Shown here: positions 53,364 to 63,640 of the stretch, piece after piece | Layout of the letters: every line of letters starts with the position of its first letter | Numbering within the stretch: the first letter of the stretch is position 1 | Assembly: GCA_963754315.1 (NCBI GenBank) | Contig: CAVWFS010000009.1 | Span: 97,168 to 161,167, forward strand | Length of the DNA stretch: 64,000 nucleotides | Direction: 5' to 3' | Source of the DNA: an uncultured Candidatus Rokubacteria bacterium | Lineage (GTDB): Bacteria; Methylomirabilota; Methylomirabilia; Rokubacteriales; CSP1-6 | Program-made: the position numbers and the translations under genes | Notes under the pieces: model-generated | The model's database searches: none | What the model was told of the DNA's origin: nothing | What the model saw: the letters and a program-made list of their open reading frames with translations, nothing else

Positions 53364-56300
53364 ATGAGGGCCGAGCGGCGAAGGAGGGAGTTCGCTCGAG
53401 GAGATGGCGCGTGGCGGGGCGCGCCATCATGTGGGGGCTCGTCGGCGGCTTTCTGGTCGACGCGTCCGGCGTGCGTGACGAGGCGAGCGTCATGGCGGTC
53501 ACGCTCCCCGCAGCATCGCACTCGTCGACCATCGCTCTGAACCGACAGGACCGGCGGCTCTGGGTGGTGAATCGCGAGGCCAATAGCGTCTCCGTGATCC
53601 AGGTTAGAGACAGCCTCCGGACCAACTTCCAGGACAAAGCCGCGGCGCGCAAGTTCACCACGCCGGGGACGGGCCTCTCGCAGGCTCCGCCCCAGGGCGG
53701 CGCCAGGGCGGCCTCGCCGTGCTCTTCGAGGATCCGAACTACGGCACCATCTTACAGCACGTTCAGCGCCCACGGCTGTTCACCCCGGTCGGGAGCCGCA
53801 TCACCGAGGGGCTGTTCTTCGTGCCTGGCAGCGACGGAACGATCCCGGCAGCAGTAGACCGGCTTCGGGGCGGTCTTCACGGACGTCGACGAGCCAACGG
53901 GGAAAAGGGGCGGGAAGGCACAGCACACGGATCAAGTATCTCGACGTGAGGGCCGCTGATCTATACCGGGTTTGTCCCGGCCTCGCCGGGCGATGGAGAG
54001 CCTCTCCTTCTTCGGTGTCGTGTTCTCGGACGCGCTCATGGCCGGGGTGCGGATCGTGACCGGCGACGCCAACCCCAGGGCTGGCTGAAGCCCGCAAGGA
54101 CACGCTGGCACCAAGCTGGCCGAAATTCCCGTAGGACTCGAGCCGCGCTGCGTGGTGACGCACCCGAACAACGCGACAGCCTTCGTCACCAACGCGCTGA
54201 CCGGCACCGTTTCGGTGATCGACCAGCGCGGCACGGGCTACAAGGTCGTGGCCAGCCCCAAGGTGGGGACCGAACCCGGGGCTGCGCCTTGTCGCCGAAC
54301 GGAAACTTCCTCTACGTGGCCAACCACACCGAGGGCACGGTTTCCATCCTCGACACGAGAAGAAATGCGGCTCACCCGTTCCCGACCGTCGTCGGGACCG
54401 TGGTCGTTGGCGGCAATCCCTCGGCCATCGCCGTCACCAACGACGGTGACGCGCAGGACGCAGACGAGGTCGTCTTCGTCACCCAGTTCTTTGCCGAACT
54501 CATCCCCGGTGGACCCGGCGAGGGCCGCGATCTCGGCAAGCAGGGGGTCGTCACGCTTTCCAGGCGGGGTGAACAACCCTTCGGCGCCGACCAAGATCAT
54601 CCTGTCCCCGCTCCAGGACTCGGGCTTCACCTCGAACCGCAGGGACTTCTGTCTTAGTGCCCACCCTGCCCACCGGCCAACCCGCTCCTCTGCCCGAGGC
54701 CGGACCTCCCGGCTAATGACCCCCGAACACGGCGGCCAAACAAGGGGTCTTCCCCAATCAATTCGCCTCGGCGCTCGTGCGTGGCAGCCGCCTCTTCTTG
54801 CCGAATATCGGCGCCCAGCCCGAGCCCAATGAGCAGGCGGAGGCGAACGTGCAGGCGCTCGTCCACGTCGTGGACACGACGACCAAGCTCGAGAAGGACG
54901 GCCGAGCACGTCAATCTGAACGTGCAGATCGACACCGAGCCCGCGCCGGCCGTCCCCAACGAAGAGCCTCGCCCGGCTCTTCGGGAACGACATCGTGGCC
55001 ATCGGCGCCAACCCGTCGGGATCCACCATTCTGATCGTCAGCCGGGGCGGCAACTATGTCCTGCGGGCCACGCTCGATGGCAGTGGCAAGCTCAACATCG
55101 ACGCGCCCAACGTCGTGCGCTTCCAGACTGGGAACCTCCCGAGCGGGGTGGTTGTCAGTGAGGATGGCCGGCGTGCGTACGCCAACAACGAGGCCGGTTT
55201 CTCCGCCACGGCCATCAACCTCGACACCAATACCGTCATCACCCGGGACATCTCGTCGAGCGAGCCGCCGGAGCCCGGCACGCTCGACCACGCCCAGCTG
55301 ATGGGCAAGGTCGCCTTCTTCACCGCCCTCGGCATCCCGGACAACGGATTCTTGGACCTGCCGATCCGCGACCTCGTCCCGCTGACCTTCCGCGGCAAGC
55401 AATCGAAGGATGCGTGGAGCAGCTGCGGCTCGTGCCACCCGGACGGTCTTGCCGATGGCGTGACCTGGTTCTTCGGCACGGGTCCGCGCCAGACGAAGCC
55501 GCTCGACGGGATGTTCGCGAAGGACACCAACCTCGATCAGGGCATCCTGAACTGGAGCGCCGTCCGCGGGAGCAACACGGAATTCAACAACAACTCCCGC
55601 GCCACCCAGGAGGGCTGCGGTTTCGCCAGCGCGCTGTTTGCCCCGCCATTCGTCGATCCTCCGGCCCAATGCACCAGCACCAGCAACGTGGCCGCCAGCC
55701 GTCCCCGGGACACACCGGCGAATCCCGCCATCTACGATCACGGCATCACCCAGGGCGCCAGCGATGCCCTCGACGTCCAGAACCTGTGGATCTTCTTCGC
55801 CGTGCGCGCGCTGAAGCAGCCTCAGCCCGAGCACCCCGCGGCCATGACCGCGTTCAACAATGGGCGGAGCGTGTTCATCGACAACTGCGCCTCCTGCCAC
55901 GGTGGAGCGAAGTGGACGAAGAGTCAGATCTTCCACCGCGACAACCCCGCCGTGCCCGGCGCAGAACCAGGCGCCCTTCGACGCCGGCGTCACCAGGCTG
56001 CCGGTGGTGACCGGAGGAGCGCCGGCGAACGAATTCAAGTCGTACACCTGCAAGAGTCTGACCTTCAACTACCTCGATGATGTGGGAACGTTCAACGTCA
56101 ACGAGCCGCTGGAGCTCCGCGACATCACCGGGCTCACGGCGTTCGGGGTCAATGGCTTCAACCCGCCGTCGTTGCTCAGCATCCGCTACCACGCGCCATA
56201 CCTGCACCGCGGCCAAGCCCAGACCCTGCCCGACGTGTTCCCGTTGCACGCGCTGGGGGCGCAACCGCCTGGGCCCACATTCCCGCCCGTGAACACGATT

Positions 56301-56440
56301 CAGAGCCGTGCTGAACGACCAGCAGCGTAGCGGATCTGCTGGTGTTCCTGAACGCGATCGATGGCACCACCGACCACCTGCGGTCAGCGGGGGATGTTTT
56401 CCGAGATCTGATCCGGACTCAGGCTCCTCCATGTCCGTGA
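53364..56440 (+). CDS. secreted YVTN/YncE beta-propeller plus diheme cytochrome c (peroxidase-like) protein, frameshifted
   Basis: LWVVN, AFVTN, LYVAN, AYANN blades; CGSCH (about 55424) and CASCH (about 55886); NPPSLL..APYLHRG. Confidence 0.8.
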
Positions 56441-56586
56441 GGTTGCGGCGGGCGTCTTCCTGAGCGTCGCCTCGCCTGGGGAAGGGGCGTCGCCCGACCT
56501 CCAGTCGGAGTGACGGCCGGGCCGGCCCTCGAGGTCGGCCCGGCACTTGTGCGGGGGCGTGGTGGGATTGGAGGTTGTATGAGCTG

Positions 56587-57280
56587 ATGGATGTGTCACG
56601 GCGCGACTTCATCCTGTCCACCACGGCCGCTGTCGGCACCACGTTAACCGGACCGTCGGCCACAGCCGCGCCGACCCTGCTGACGAGGCCGCGGCCCCTA
56701 CGCCGCGTGAGGTCAACCTCGCCGATCCCGCCTTCAAGTTCGACCTCGTGATCGCTAACGGTGATCTTCTCGATCCGGCCCAGAAGCTCCGCGGCCGGCG
56801 CGATATCGGCATCAAGTATGGGCAGATTGCACTCGTCGCGCCGAGCAGCGCGCCGACTGCGCTGCAGCGGTATGATGCGTCCGGACGCTTGGTGACGCCG
56901 GGGCTGGTGGACCTCCATACCCACTATGGCCCTCTCGTGTCCGGCATCGGGCTGCCGGCTGACGAGCTGGTGCCGATCTCGGCTACCACGACGGCGGTGT
57001 CGGCGGGCGACGCCGGCGCCAACACGTTTGGCGCGCTCAAGCAGGTGGCCATCGATCCTTCGCGCAGACGGGACTACGCGTTCGTGCACATCTCGGCCAT
57101 CGGGCTTGCGGGCGGCCTCGCCGTGCCCGAGATGCTCAACATCGACTACGCGCAGGTCGAGGCGTGCGCCCGCACCCTGGTCGAGAACCCCGATACCGTG
57201 CTCGGGGTCAAGGTGCGGATCACAGATTCCGTGGTTGGCCAGAACGGACTGGAGCCGCTGCGGCGCGCCATTGCCGCGGC
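56587..57280 (+). pseudogene. amidohydrolase/deacetylase (dihydroorotase-like) with Tat signal, truncated
   Basis: SRRDFIL; LVTPGLVDLHTH, VSAGDAG, GVKVR; similarity stops after [11 protein letters not shown]. Confidence 0.8.
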
Positions 57281-57800
57281 ACGTCGCTCATGCTCAAGCG
57301 CCTTGGCGCCTATCCCCGCCAGAACGGGCTGGCTCTGGCCCTGCGCGAGATTGGACGTATCGAGCGTACGCTGTTCATACTCGATTGGCTGGAGTTGCCG
57401 GGGCTCCGACGGCAGGCCACGGCGGAGCTGAACAAAGGTGAAGCGCGCAACGCTCTCGCCCGCGCTGTCTGCTTCCACCGGCTCGGCCGCCTGCGCGATC
57501 GCGCCATCGAGGCACAACAGTACCGTGCCAGCGGACTGGCCCTGGTCACTGCCGCGATCGTGCTGTGGAATACGGTGCACCTCGGTCGTGCGCTCGATGT
57601 CCTGCGCCGCAGTGGCGAGGTGGTTCCTGACGCTTTGCTGGCCCACCTCGCGCCAGTCGGCTGGAAGCACATCAACCTCACCGGCGACTACTCTGGAGCG
57701 CCGACACCAGCCTCGATCCGTCTGGGTTCCGGATCCTGCGCAGCACGACCGCAATCCGCGCCAACGCCGCGTAATGTTTCCCCTTCGTCCCGCTTAGTGT
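57281..57800 (+). mobile_element. Tn3-family transposase, C-terminal fragment
   Basis: [56 protein letters not shown]. Confidence 0.92.
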
Positions 57801-57831
57801 AAATCCAGCGTCCGTTCTATGGCGTGACCCC
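57793..57831 (-). mobile_element. Tn3-family terminal inverted repeat (right end)
   Basis: Reverse complement GGGGTCACG...TACACTAAG, 39 bp, matches the GGGG...TAAG Tn3 IR pattern, directly after tnpA. Confidence 0.8.
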
Positions 57832-58367
57832 TTCCCCGACTACAATCAGCAGCTATGAACGGGCGCCTAAGATTCCGGTCAGAACTGGCGCGTCAGTCAT
57901 GCCTGAGCCCGCGCAGGCAGCGGAGTAGGAACTGTTCGATGACTTGACAGCTCGCAACAGAGTATTGTCTGCTCGCGCATTGCAAGGGGGCTGAGGGTAT
58001 GCGCAACCTGGAGATGAGGCTTCGCGTGGATGAGGCTGAATGGCGGCTCTATCCACTTGCCCGGCATGGTCGCTGGGTTGCCTGCTGGGATCGCTGGCAC
58101 AGGCGGGGTGCTGGGCTCGTCGCCAGCTGTACGCCCGAGATTGATTGGGAGGCGGCCAGGCTTCTGGTTGGCCAAGTCGCCACTATGGACGATGTAGCCT
58201 TCCAGAGCTGGCACGCCGAACCTTGGCGGCAGAGAACTCGAGCATCGTGCCCGTCCTGCGCGCCAGGTCACCAAGCCAGGGAAGGGCGGGGGGTCCTCGC
58301 CAGATGGCGTGAGACGGTCAGGGACCTCGCCCGACTTGCTTGTCACCGACAACACCATTGGACCGCC

Positions 58368-58610
58368 ATGTCGCCGCACTTTCCTTCGTCCGCCGACACG
58401 CATGCGATGGTGGCCCGCATCGCGCCGAGCATCCTCGAGCTCCTGGGCGACGGCGTGCCGCGGAGCAAGAATGACATCATCGGCGCGCTCGCGGAACAGC
58501 ACACCAAGGACGAGGTCCGCCGCACCCTGATGCGTTTGGCGGTCACGGGGCAGCTGGTGGAGAACAAGCGCAAGTTTCAGCTGCCGTCGGCCGAGCAGGA
58601 CATGTCATGA
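58368..58610 (+). CDS. small winged-helix-like hypothetical protein
   Basis: ILELLGDGVPRSKNDII..DEVRRTLMRLAVTGQL. Confidence 0.6.
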   Translation: MSPHFPSSADTHAMVARIAPSILELLGDGVPRSKNDIIGALAEQHTKDEVRRTLMRLAVTGQLVENKRKFQLPSAEQDMS

Positions 58611-58670
58611 GGAGAGGCGTGATCGGCTCTTAACCAGCTCAAAAAGCGCGTTATATCAATAACTTAGAAA

Positions 58671-58698
58671 AGATCGGATAACGAACATTATGACAAAT
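58671..58698 (+). other. dif-like XerC/XerD recombination site
   Basis: AGATCGGATAA-CGAACA-TTATGACAAAT versus E. coli dif GGTGCGCATAA-N6-TTATGTTAAAT (7/11 and 9/11 matches), in an AT-rich patch. Confidence 0.65.
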
Positions 58699-59120
58699 TA
58701 TGAACTGCTGATCGAGGGGGCGAGCGGATCCACCAGCGCCACACCAGTGTCAAGGAAATGCCGCGAGTTGCTCGTGGCCACGGCCAATCCATGCTCGAGC
58801 GCCGTGGCGGCAATCAGCAGATCTGCACCTCCATGCCCGTGGGCGGCGGCCAGCCGGCCCCAGCGTCGAGCGATCGCGATCTCGACGGGCAGGATCCGCG
58901 GCGCAAAGCGCCGCAGCACCTCGTCCAGCCAAACCACCAGGCGCCCGGCAAACGTGGGGTCGCGTGGCGCCACCGCCGCGATCCCACGCTCGACCTCACC
59001 CAAGGTGATCACACTCAAAAACAGCTCGCTCTCAGGCACAGCCTGCAGCCAGGCGACCAGGTTCGCATTGCGCTGCCGTTGCCGTAGGGCGGAGAGCACC
59101 ATGGTGTCGAGCAGATACAA
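58698..59120 (-). CDS. vapC: VapC PIN-domain toxin
   Basis: YLLDT, LSVITLGEVERG, ADLLIAATALEHGL..TSNSRHF. Confidence 0.92.
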   Translation of the reverse strand: MYLLDTMVLSALRQRQRNANLVAWLQAVPESELFLSVITLGEVERGIAAVAPRDPTFAGRLVVWLDEVLRRFAPRILPVEIAIARRWGRLAAAHGHGGADLLIAATALEHGLAVATSNSRHFLDTGVALVDPLAPSISSS

Positions 59121-59122
59121 GG

Positions 59123-59383
59123 CTAAAGGCCGACCGGCCGCGGATCCAGCTCGAGACGGGGAAACGGCTCGTCGTCCTGCGGCAGGGCCAGGAGCTGCTC
59201 GGCAAAGCTCGGCACGGTCCGGTCATCGAGCGCCTTGAGGCGGCCATACTCCTCGATTGAGAGTACCACCGCTACTGGGCGGTTGTGCCGGGTCACGAGC
59301 TGAGCCTCCCCTTTACGCGCGGCGTCGATCACCGTGCTCAGGCGGTTCTTGGCATCGTGCAGCGGCCAGGAAGCTTGCGACAC
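59123..59383 (-). CDS. Phd/YefM antitoxin
   Basis: WPLHDAKNRLS..VTRHNRPVAVVLSIEEY; upstream of vapC. Confidence 0.92.
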   Translation of the reverse strand: MSQASWPLHDAKNRLSTVIDAARKGEAQLVTRHNRPVAVVLSIEEYGRLKALDDRTVPSFAEQLLALPQDDEPFPRLELDPRPVGL

Positions 59384-59399
59384 CGGAGCCGGTCCATTC

Positions 59400-59418
59400 T
59401 AGCCAAATATAATGGCTA
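59400..59418. promoter_or_regulatory. probable toxin-antitoxin autoregulatory operator
   Basis: Inverted repeat TAGCCA-N7-TGGCTA just upstream of the antitoxin start. Confidence 0.55.
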
Positions 59419-59458
59419 TATCTAAGGGCCCGGCCGTCCGCCAGCAAGCCTTCAAATC

Positions 59459-60367
59459 CTATTCAATCCCCTCCTCATTGGCGGACAGGAACGCGAGCAG
59501 TTCCTGCAACACTTCCTCCGGCGCCTCCTCCTGCAGCGCGTGCCCGCAATCGAGCGCCCGACCCCGCACGTCCACCGCCTTCTCCTGCCAAGTTGCGAGC
59601 ACGTCGTAGAGCTGCCCGACCACACCCTTCGCTCCCCACAGCGCCAGCAGCGGCGCCGTCACCTTGTGTTTGGCGTCCGCCGCATCATGCTCCAGGTCGA
59701 TCGTGGCAGCGGCGCGGTAGTCCTCGCAGATGGCGTGGCGGGTCGCCGGGTCGCGGTAGCAGCGCAAGTATTCCTGGAAGACGGCCTCGGTGACGGCACC
59801 CGGTGTCTTGGTCTGACCCTCGATATGCTTGCGCAAGAAATACTCAGGGTCGGCGGCGATCAGCCTTTCTGGCAAGTCGTAGGGCTGGATCAGGAAGAAC
59901 CACCAGAAATAGCGGGTGGCGAACTCCTTGTCGGTGCGCGCGTACATCGTCGCCGTGGGCGCGATGTCCAAGACGGCTAGCCGCTCGACCACCCCCGGGT
60001 GGTCGAGGGCCATGCGATGCGCCACCCGCCCGCCACGGTCGTGACCAACCACTGCGAAGCTGTCATGGCCGAGTGCCTGCATGACCTCGACCTGATCGCA
60101 CGCCATGACCCGCTTCGAGTAGGGCAAATGGTCGGGCGTGGAGGCCGGTTTGTCGCTGTCGCCATAGCCGCGCAAATCGGGCGCGACCACGGTGAAGCGC
60201 TCTGCCAGGCCGGGGATGATCTTGTGCCAAGTCAGATGGTTCTGGGGGTGGCCGTGCAGCAAGAGTAATGGCGGTCCCCTGCCGCCGACAGCGGTGCGGA
60301 TACGCACCCCGCTGGTCTCGATGTCCTGCCTGGTGAAGCCGGGTAGCAGGTCGGGCGGAAGCGACAT
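59459..60367 (-). CDS. haloacetate dehalogenase-like alpha/beta hydrolase
   Basis: LLHGHPQ, PDLRGYGDS, YSKRVMA, GHDRGGR, LDIAPT, CEDYRA, CGH. Confidence 0.88.
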   Translation of the reverse strand: MSLPPDLLPGFTRQDIETSGVRIRTAVGGRGPPLLLLHGHPQNHLTWHKIIPGLAERFTVVAPDLRGYGDSDKPASTPDHLPYSKRVMACDQVEVMQALGHDSFAVVGHDRGGRVAHRMALDHPGVVERLAVLDIAPTATMYARTDKEFATRYFWWFFLIQPYDLPERLIAADPEYFLRKHIEGQTKTPGAVTEAVFQEYLRCYRDPATRHAICEDYRAAATIDLEHDAADAKHKVTAPLLALWGAKGVVGQLYDVLATWQEKAVDVRGRALDCGHALQEEAPEEVLQELLAFLSANEEGIE

Positions 60368-60432
60368 CTTGCACTCCCAGACGAGTGGACGATTAGGCCA
60401 GCCACCGGCGCGGGCGGTGGCTGGCCGCTCTT

Positions 60433-61404
60433 TCAGTCGGCGTACTCGCCGGCCTTAGCGATCACGGGCTTCCACTTCACGATCTCGGCTTGGAGATGCT
60501 GCTCCAGGGCGGCCGGCGTGGCCTGCTCCTGGGGTACGGGCTCGGTGCCGAGATCGGCGAAGCGCTCGATCACCTTGGGGTCCTTGAGCGCCGCCTGCAG
60601 CGCCGCGGCGAGCTCGGCCACGATCGGCTCGGGCGTGCCCTTAGGCGCGTAGAGTCCGTGCCACGCGGTCACCTCGAAGCCCTTGAGGCCGGCTTCATCG
60701 AGCGTCGGTAGATCGGGGAATGAGGGCAGCCGCGCCTCCGTGGTAACGGCGTAGGCCTTGATCTTGCCACTCTTGATGTGGCTCACCGTGTTGGTGGTCT
60801 GGTCGCAGGTCATGTCCACCTGGCCGCCGAGCAGGTCGGTCATCGCCGGCCCGCTGCCCTTGTAGCCTACCGCCGTCATCTTCGTGCCAAGGGCATCCAT
60901 CAGCAGCAGGCCACACAGGTGCGAGACAGCACCCACCCCGCCGTGGGCGAAGATGATCTGCTCCCCATTTGCACGGATGTAATCGAGGAGCTCGCCCACT
61001 GAGCCCGGCTGCAGATCGGCCTTGCCGACGACCGTCATCGGCACGTCGGTGATCCGCCCGATCGGCGCGAACGCCGTCGCCGGATCGTAGGGCAGCTTGC
61101 GGTACAGCCCCACGCTTGAGGCCAAGCCGATGTGGTGCACCAGCAGCGTGTACCCGTCCGGGTCGGCTTTGGCCTCGCGACCGGCAGCCAGCGTGCCGCC
61201 GGCGCCGGCGACATTCTCGACGATCACCTGCTGCCCGAGTGTGCGGGTCATCGGTTCGGCGATCAGGCGGGCCACCGTGTCAGTCGGACCGCCCGCGGCG
61301 AACGGCACGATCATGGTGATCGGCCGCGTCGGATAGTCGGTCTGCGCCACGGCGGTGCCGGCGAGCAGGGCCAAGGTGGCCGTGAGGATGGTGAGCTTGC
61401 GCAT
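60433..61404 (-). CDS. tripartite tricarboxylate transporter substrate-binding protein (Bug/TctC)
   Basis: YPTRPITMIVPFAAGGPTD, ENVAGAGG, YKGSGPAMTDLLGGQVD. Confidence 0.93.
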   Translation of the reverse strand: MRKLTILTATLALLAGTAVAQTDYPTRPITMIVPFAAGGPTDTVARLIAEPMTRTLGQQVIVENVAGAGGTLAAGREAKADPDGYTLLVHHIGLASSVGLYRKLPYDPATAFAPIGRITDVPMTVVGKADLQPGSVGELLDYIRANGEQIIFAHGGVGAVSHLCGLLLMDALGTKMTAVGYKGSGPAMTDLLGGQVDMTCDQTTNTVSHIKSGKIKAYAVTTEARLPSFPDLPTLDEAGLKGFEVTAWHGLYAPKGTPEPIVAELAAALQAALKDPKVIERFADLGTEPVPQEQATPAALEQHLQAEIVKWKPVIAKAGEYAD

Positions 61405-61453
61405 GGCTTGAAACCTCCTGTGCTGAGTTGTTGTCGGTCGGCCGAGCGGCCGA

Positions 61454-62512
61454 TCACACGGCCTGGGCGATCGCCTGGCCCAGTTCCTGGGTCGTCGCAC
61501 TGCCGCCGAGGTCGGGAGTGCGCGGGCCATCGGCGAGCACGGTCTCGATCGCGCGCAGCACGGCGGCGGCGGCGTCCTTGTGGCCCAGATGGTCCAGCAT
61601 CATCGACCCGGACCAGATCTGGCCGATCGGGTTGGCGATGTTGCGGCCGGCGATGTCGGGCGCCGAGCCGTGCACCGGCTCGAACATCGAGGGGTAGTCG
61701 CGCTCGGGGTTGAGGTTGGCCGAGGGGGCGATCGCGATCGTGCCCGTGCAGGCGGGTCCCAGGTCGGAGAGGATGTCGCCGAACAGGTTGGAGGCCACCA
61801 CCACGTCGAACCGGTCGGGGTTCTGGACGAAATGCGCGGTCAGGATGTCGATATGGTACTGGTCGGTGCGGATGTCCGGGTAGCGCGCGGACATGGCGGC
61901 GAAGCGCTCGTCCCAGTAGGGCATCACGATCGCCATGCCGTTCGACTTGGTGGCCGAGGTGACGTGATGACCCGGCCGGGTGGCGGCGAGGTCGAACGCG
62001 TAGCGCATGATCCGGTCGACGCCGCGGCGGGTGAAGACCGTGGTCTGCTGGACGATCTCCTGCTCGGTACCCTCGAAGCTGCGCCCGCCGATCGACGAGT
62101 ACTCGCCCTCGTTGTTCTCGCGCACGACGATGAAGTCGATGTCGCCGGGCTTGCGGTCGGCCAAGGGCGAGCGGATGCCGGGCATCAGGCGGACCGGCCG
62201 GATGCTGGCGTACTGCTGGAACGCGCGGCGGATCTTGATGAGCAGGCCCCAGAGCGAGACATGGTCCGGCACCTTGGCCGGCAAGCCGACCGCGCCCAGG
62301 AAGACGGCGTCGTGGCTCTTGATCTGGTCGAGCCCGTCCTCGGGCATCATGCGGCCGTGCTCGAGGTAGTAGTCGCAGCTCCAGGGCAGCTCGTCCCACT
62401 GGAACTCGAACCCGAACTTGCGGCCCGCCGCGTCCAGCACGCGCATGCCCTCGGGCACCACCTCCTTGCCGATGCCGTCGCCGGCGATCACCGCGATCTT
62501 GTGATTGGTCAT
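61454..62512 (-). CDS. tartrate dehydrogenase / D-malate dehydrogenase (decarboxylating), TtuC/DmlA-like
   Basis: IAGDGIGKEV, VPDHVSLWG, RENNEGEYS, TSATKSNG, MPYWDERF, FEPVHGSAPDIAG. Confidence 0.92.
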   Translation of the reverse strand: MTNHKIAVIAGDGIGKEVVPEGMRVLDAAGRKFGFEFQWDELPWSCDYYLEHGRMMPEDGLDQIKSHDAVFLGAVGLPAKVPDHVSLWGLLIKIRRAFQQYASIRPVRLMPGIRSPLADRKPGDIDFIVVRENNEGEYSSIGGRSFEGTEQEIVQQTTVFTRRGVDRIMRYAFDLAATRPGHHVTSATKSNGMAIVMPYWDERFAAMSARYPDIRTDQYHIDILTAHFVQNPDRFDVVVASNLFGDILSDLGPACTGTIAIAPSANLNPERDYPSMFEPVHGSAPDIAGRNIANPIGQIWSGSMMLDHLGHKDAAAAVLRAIETVLADGPRTPDLGGSATTQELGQAIAQAV

Positions 62513-62686
62513 GAACCCCTCCTGAAAGTGTCTGTTGCAAGTCGTCTGGCGGGCTACGCGGGCCTGGCGTGATGCGCCTAGCTCCAAGGCCGAACATCCC
62601 GATGCCGAGCATCGACGTGACATTGCTATACAGAAAGCTCTAAACGTAGATAATCAGGCTGTTTGGAAAGCAGCGCATGACAGATC

Positions 62687-63531
62687 ATGCATAATCTGCC
62701 GGCTCTCTCGGACCTGCGGCTCCTCTGCGAGGTGAAACGGCAAGGAAGCCTCGCGGCGGCGGCGGCGGCGCTTGGCGCGTCTCCTTCCTTCGCAAGCAAG
62801 CGGCTCGCTCTTCTCGAGACTACCTCGGCCCCCCTCCCCCCCCGCGCAACCATGTCGCTCCCGCCCTGTCCGAGTTCGCTGTCCGTTACCCGGAGGTGGA
62901 GATCCGCTGGAGATCCTAGACCGTCCGGTCGACCCGGTCGCCGAGGGGATCGACGTCGACATCCGCATTGGCGGACTGCGCGAGCCGCACCTCTACGCCC
63001 AGCGCCTTGCCGAAAACCAACGCGTGCTTTTGTGCCGCGCCGAGCTACCTCACTCGCCATGGTCGGCCGGACACGCTCTGGCCGAGCTGGTGCAGCACCG
63101 CTGTCTCGTGATCCGCGAGCGGGACCAGGCGTTCGGTGTCTGGCACCTGCAAGGGCCAGCCGGAATGGAGACGGTGAAGGTACGCAGCACGCTTTCCGCC
63201 AACGATGGCGAGATCATCCACCGCTGGGCTCGCGATGGTTACGGGATCATGTTGCGGTCGTTCTGGGACGTGGCGGAAGGTCTCTCCACTGGCCAGCTGG
63301 TGCGGGTGCTCGAGGGTTACAGCCAGGAGGCCAGTGTGGGCGGTCTACCCGACGCGGCTTTCTCGTTCGCCCAAGGTACGGATGCTGGTGCGCTTCCTTG
63401 TGGATCGCCTCGCAAAGCAGAGCCCCCTCGCTCTAGCAACACCATCAAGCCTGCTTAACGCAGCCACTCTCCCATATTACTCGATATTTGGAGGCTATAA
63501 AATGGTCATTCTGGGTGAGCCGCCAGTTTAA
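62687..63531 (+). CDS. LysR-family regulator (DmlR-like), frameshifted and apparently with an internal deletion
   Basis: HTH GSLAAAAAALGASPSFASKRLALLE; VAEGIDVDIRIG, SANDGEIIHRWARDGYGIMLRS; divergent from the dehydrogenase. Confidence 0.8.
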
Positions 63532-63640
63532 TCCAGTCCCTGAGTCGATTAGCACTCTACTTTCTTTCTCTCCGGGTCGGCACCTTGTCGGCCAGAGGTT
63601 ACTTTGACATACCAATCACTCCTGAATGCGAGCGGGTGCA

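Noticed and set aside
49977..56440. Regulator and cytochrome genes as decayed pseudogenes
   Set aside because: Motifs are intact and the breaks look like indel errors; cannot be called without reads
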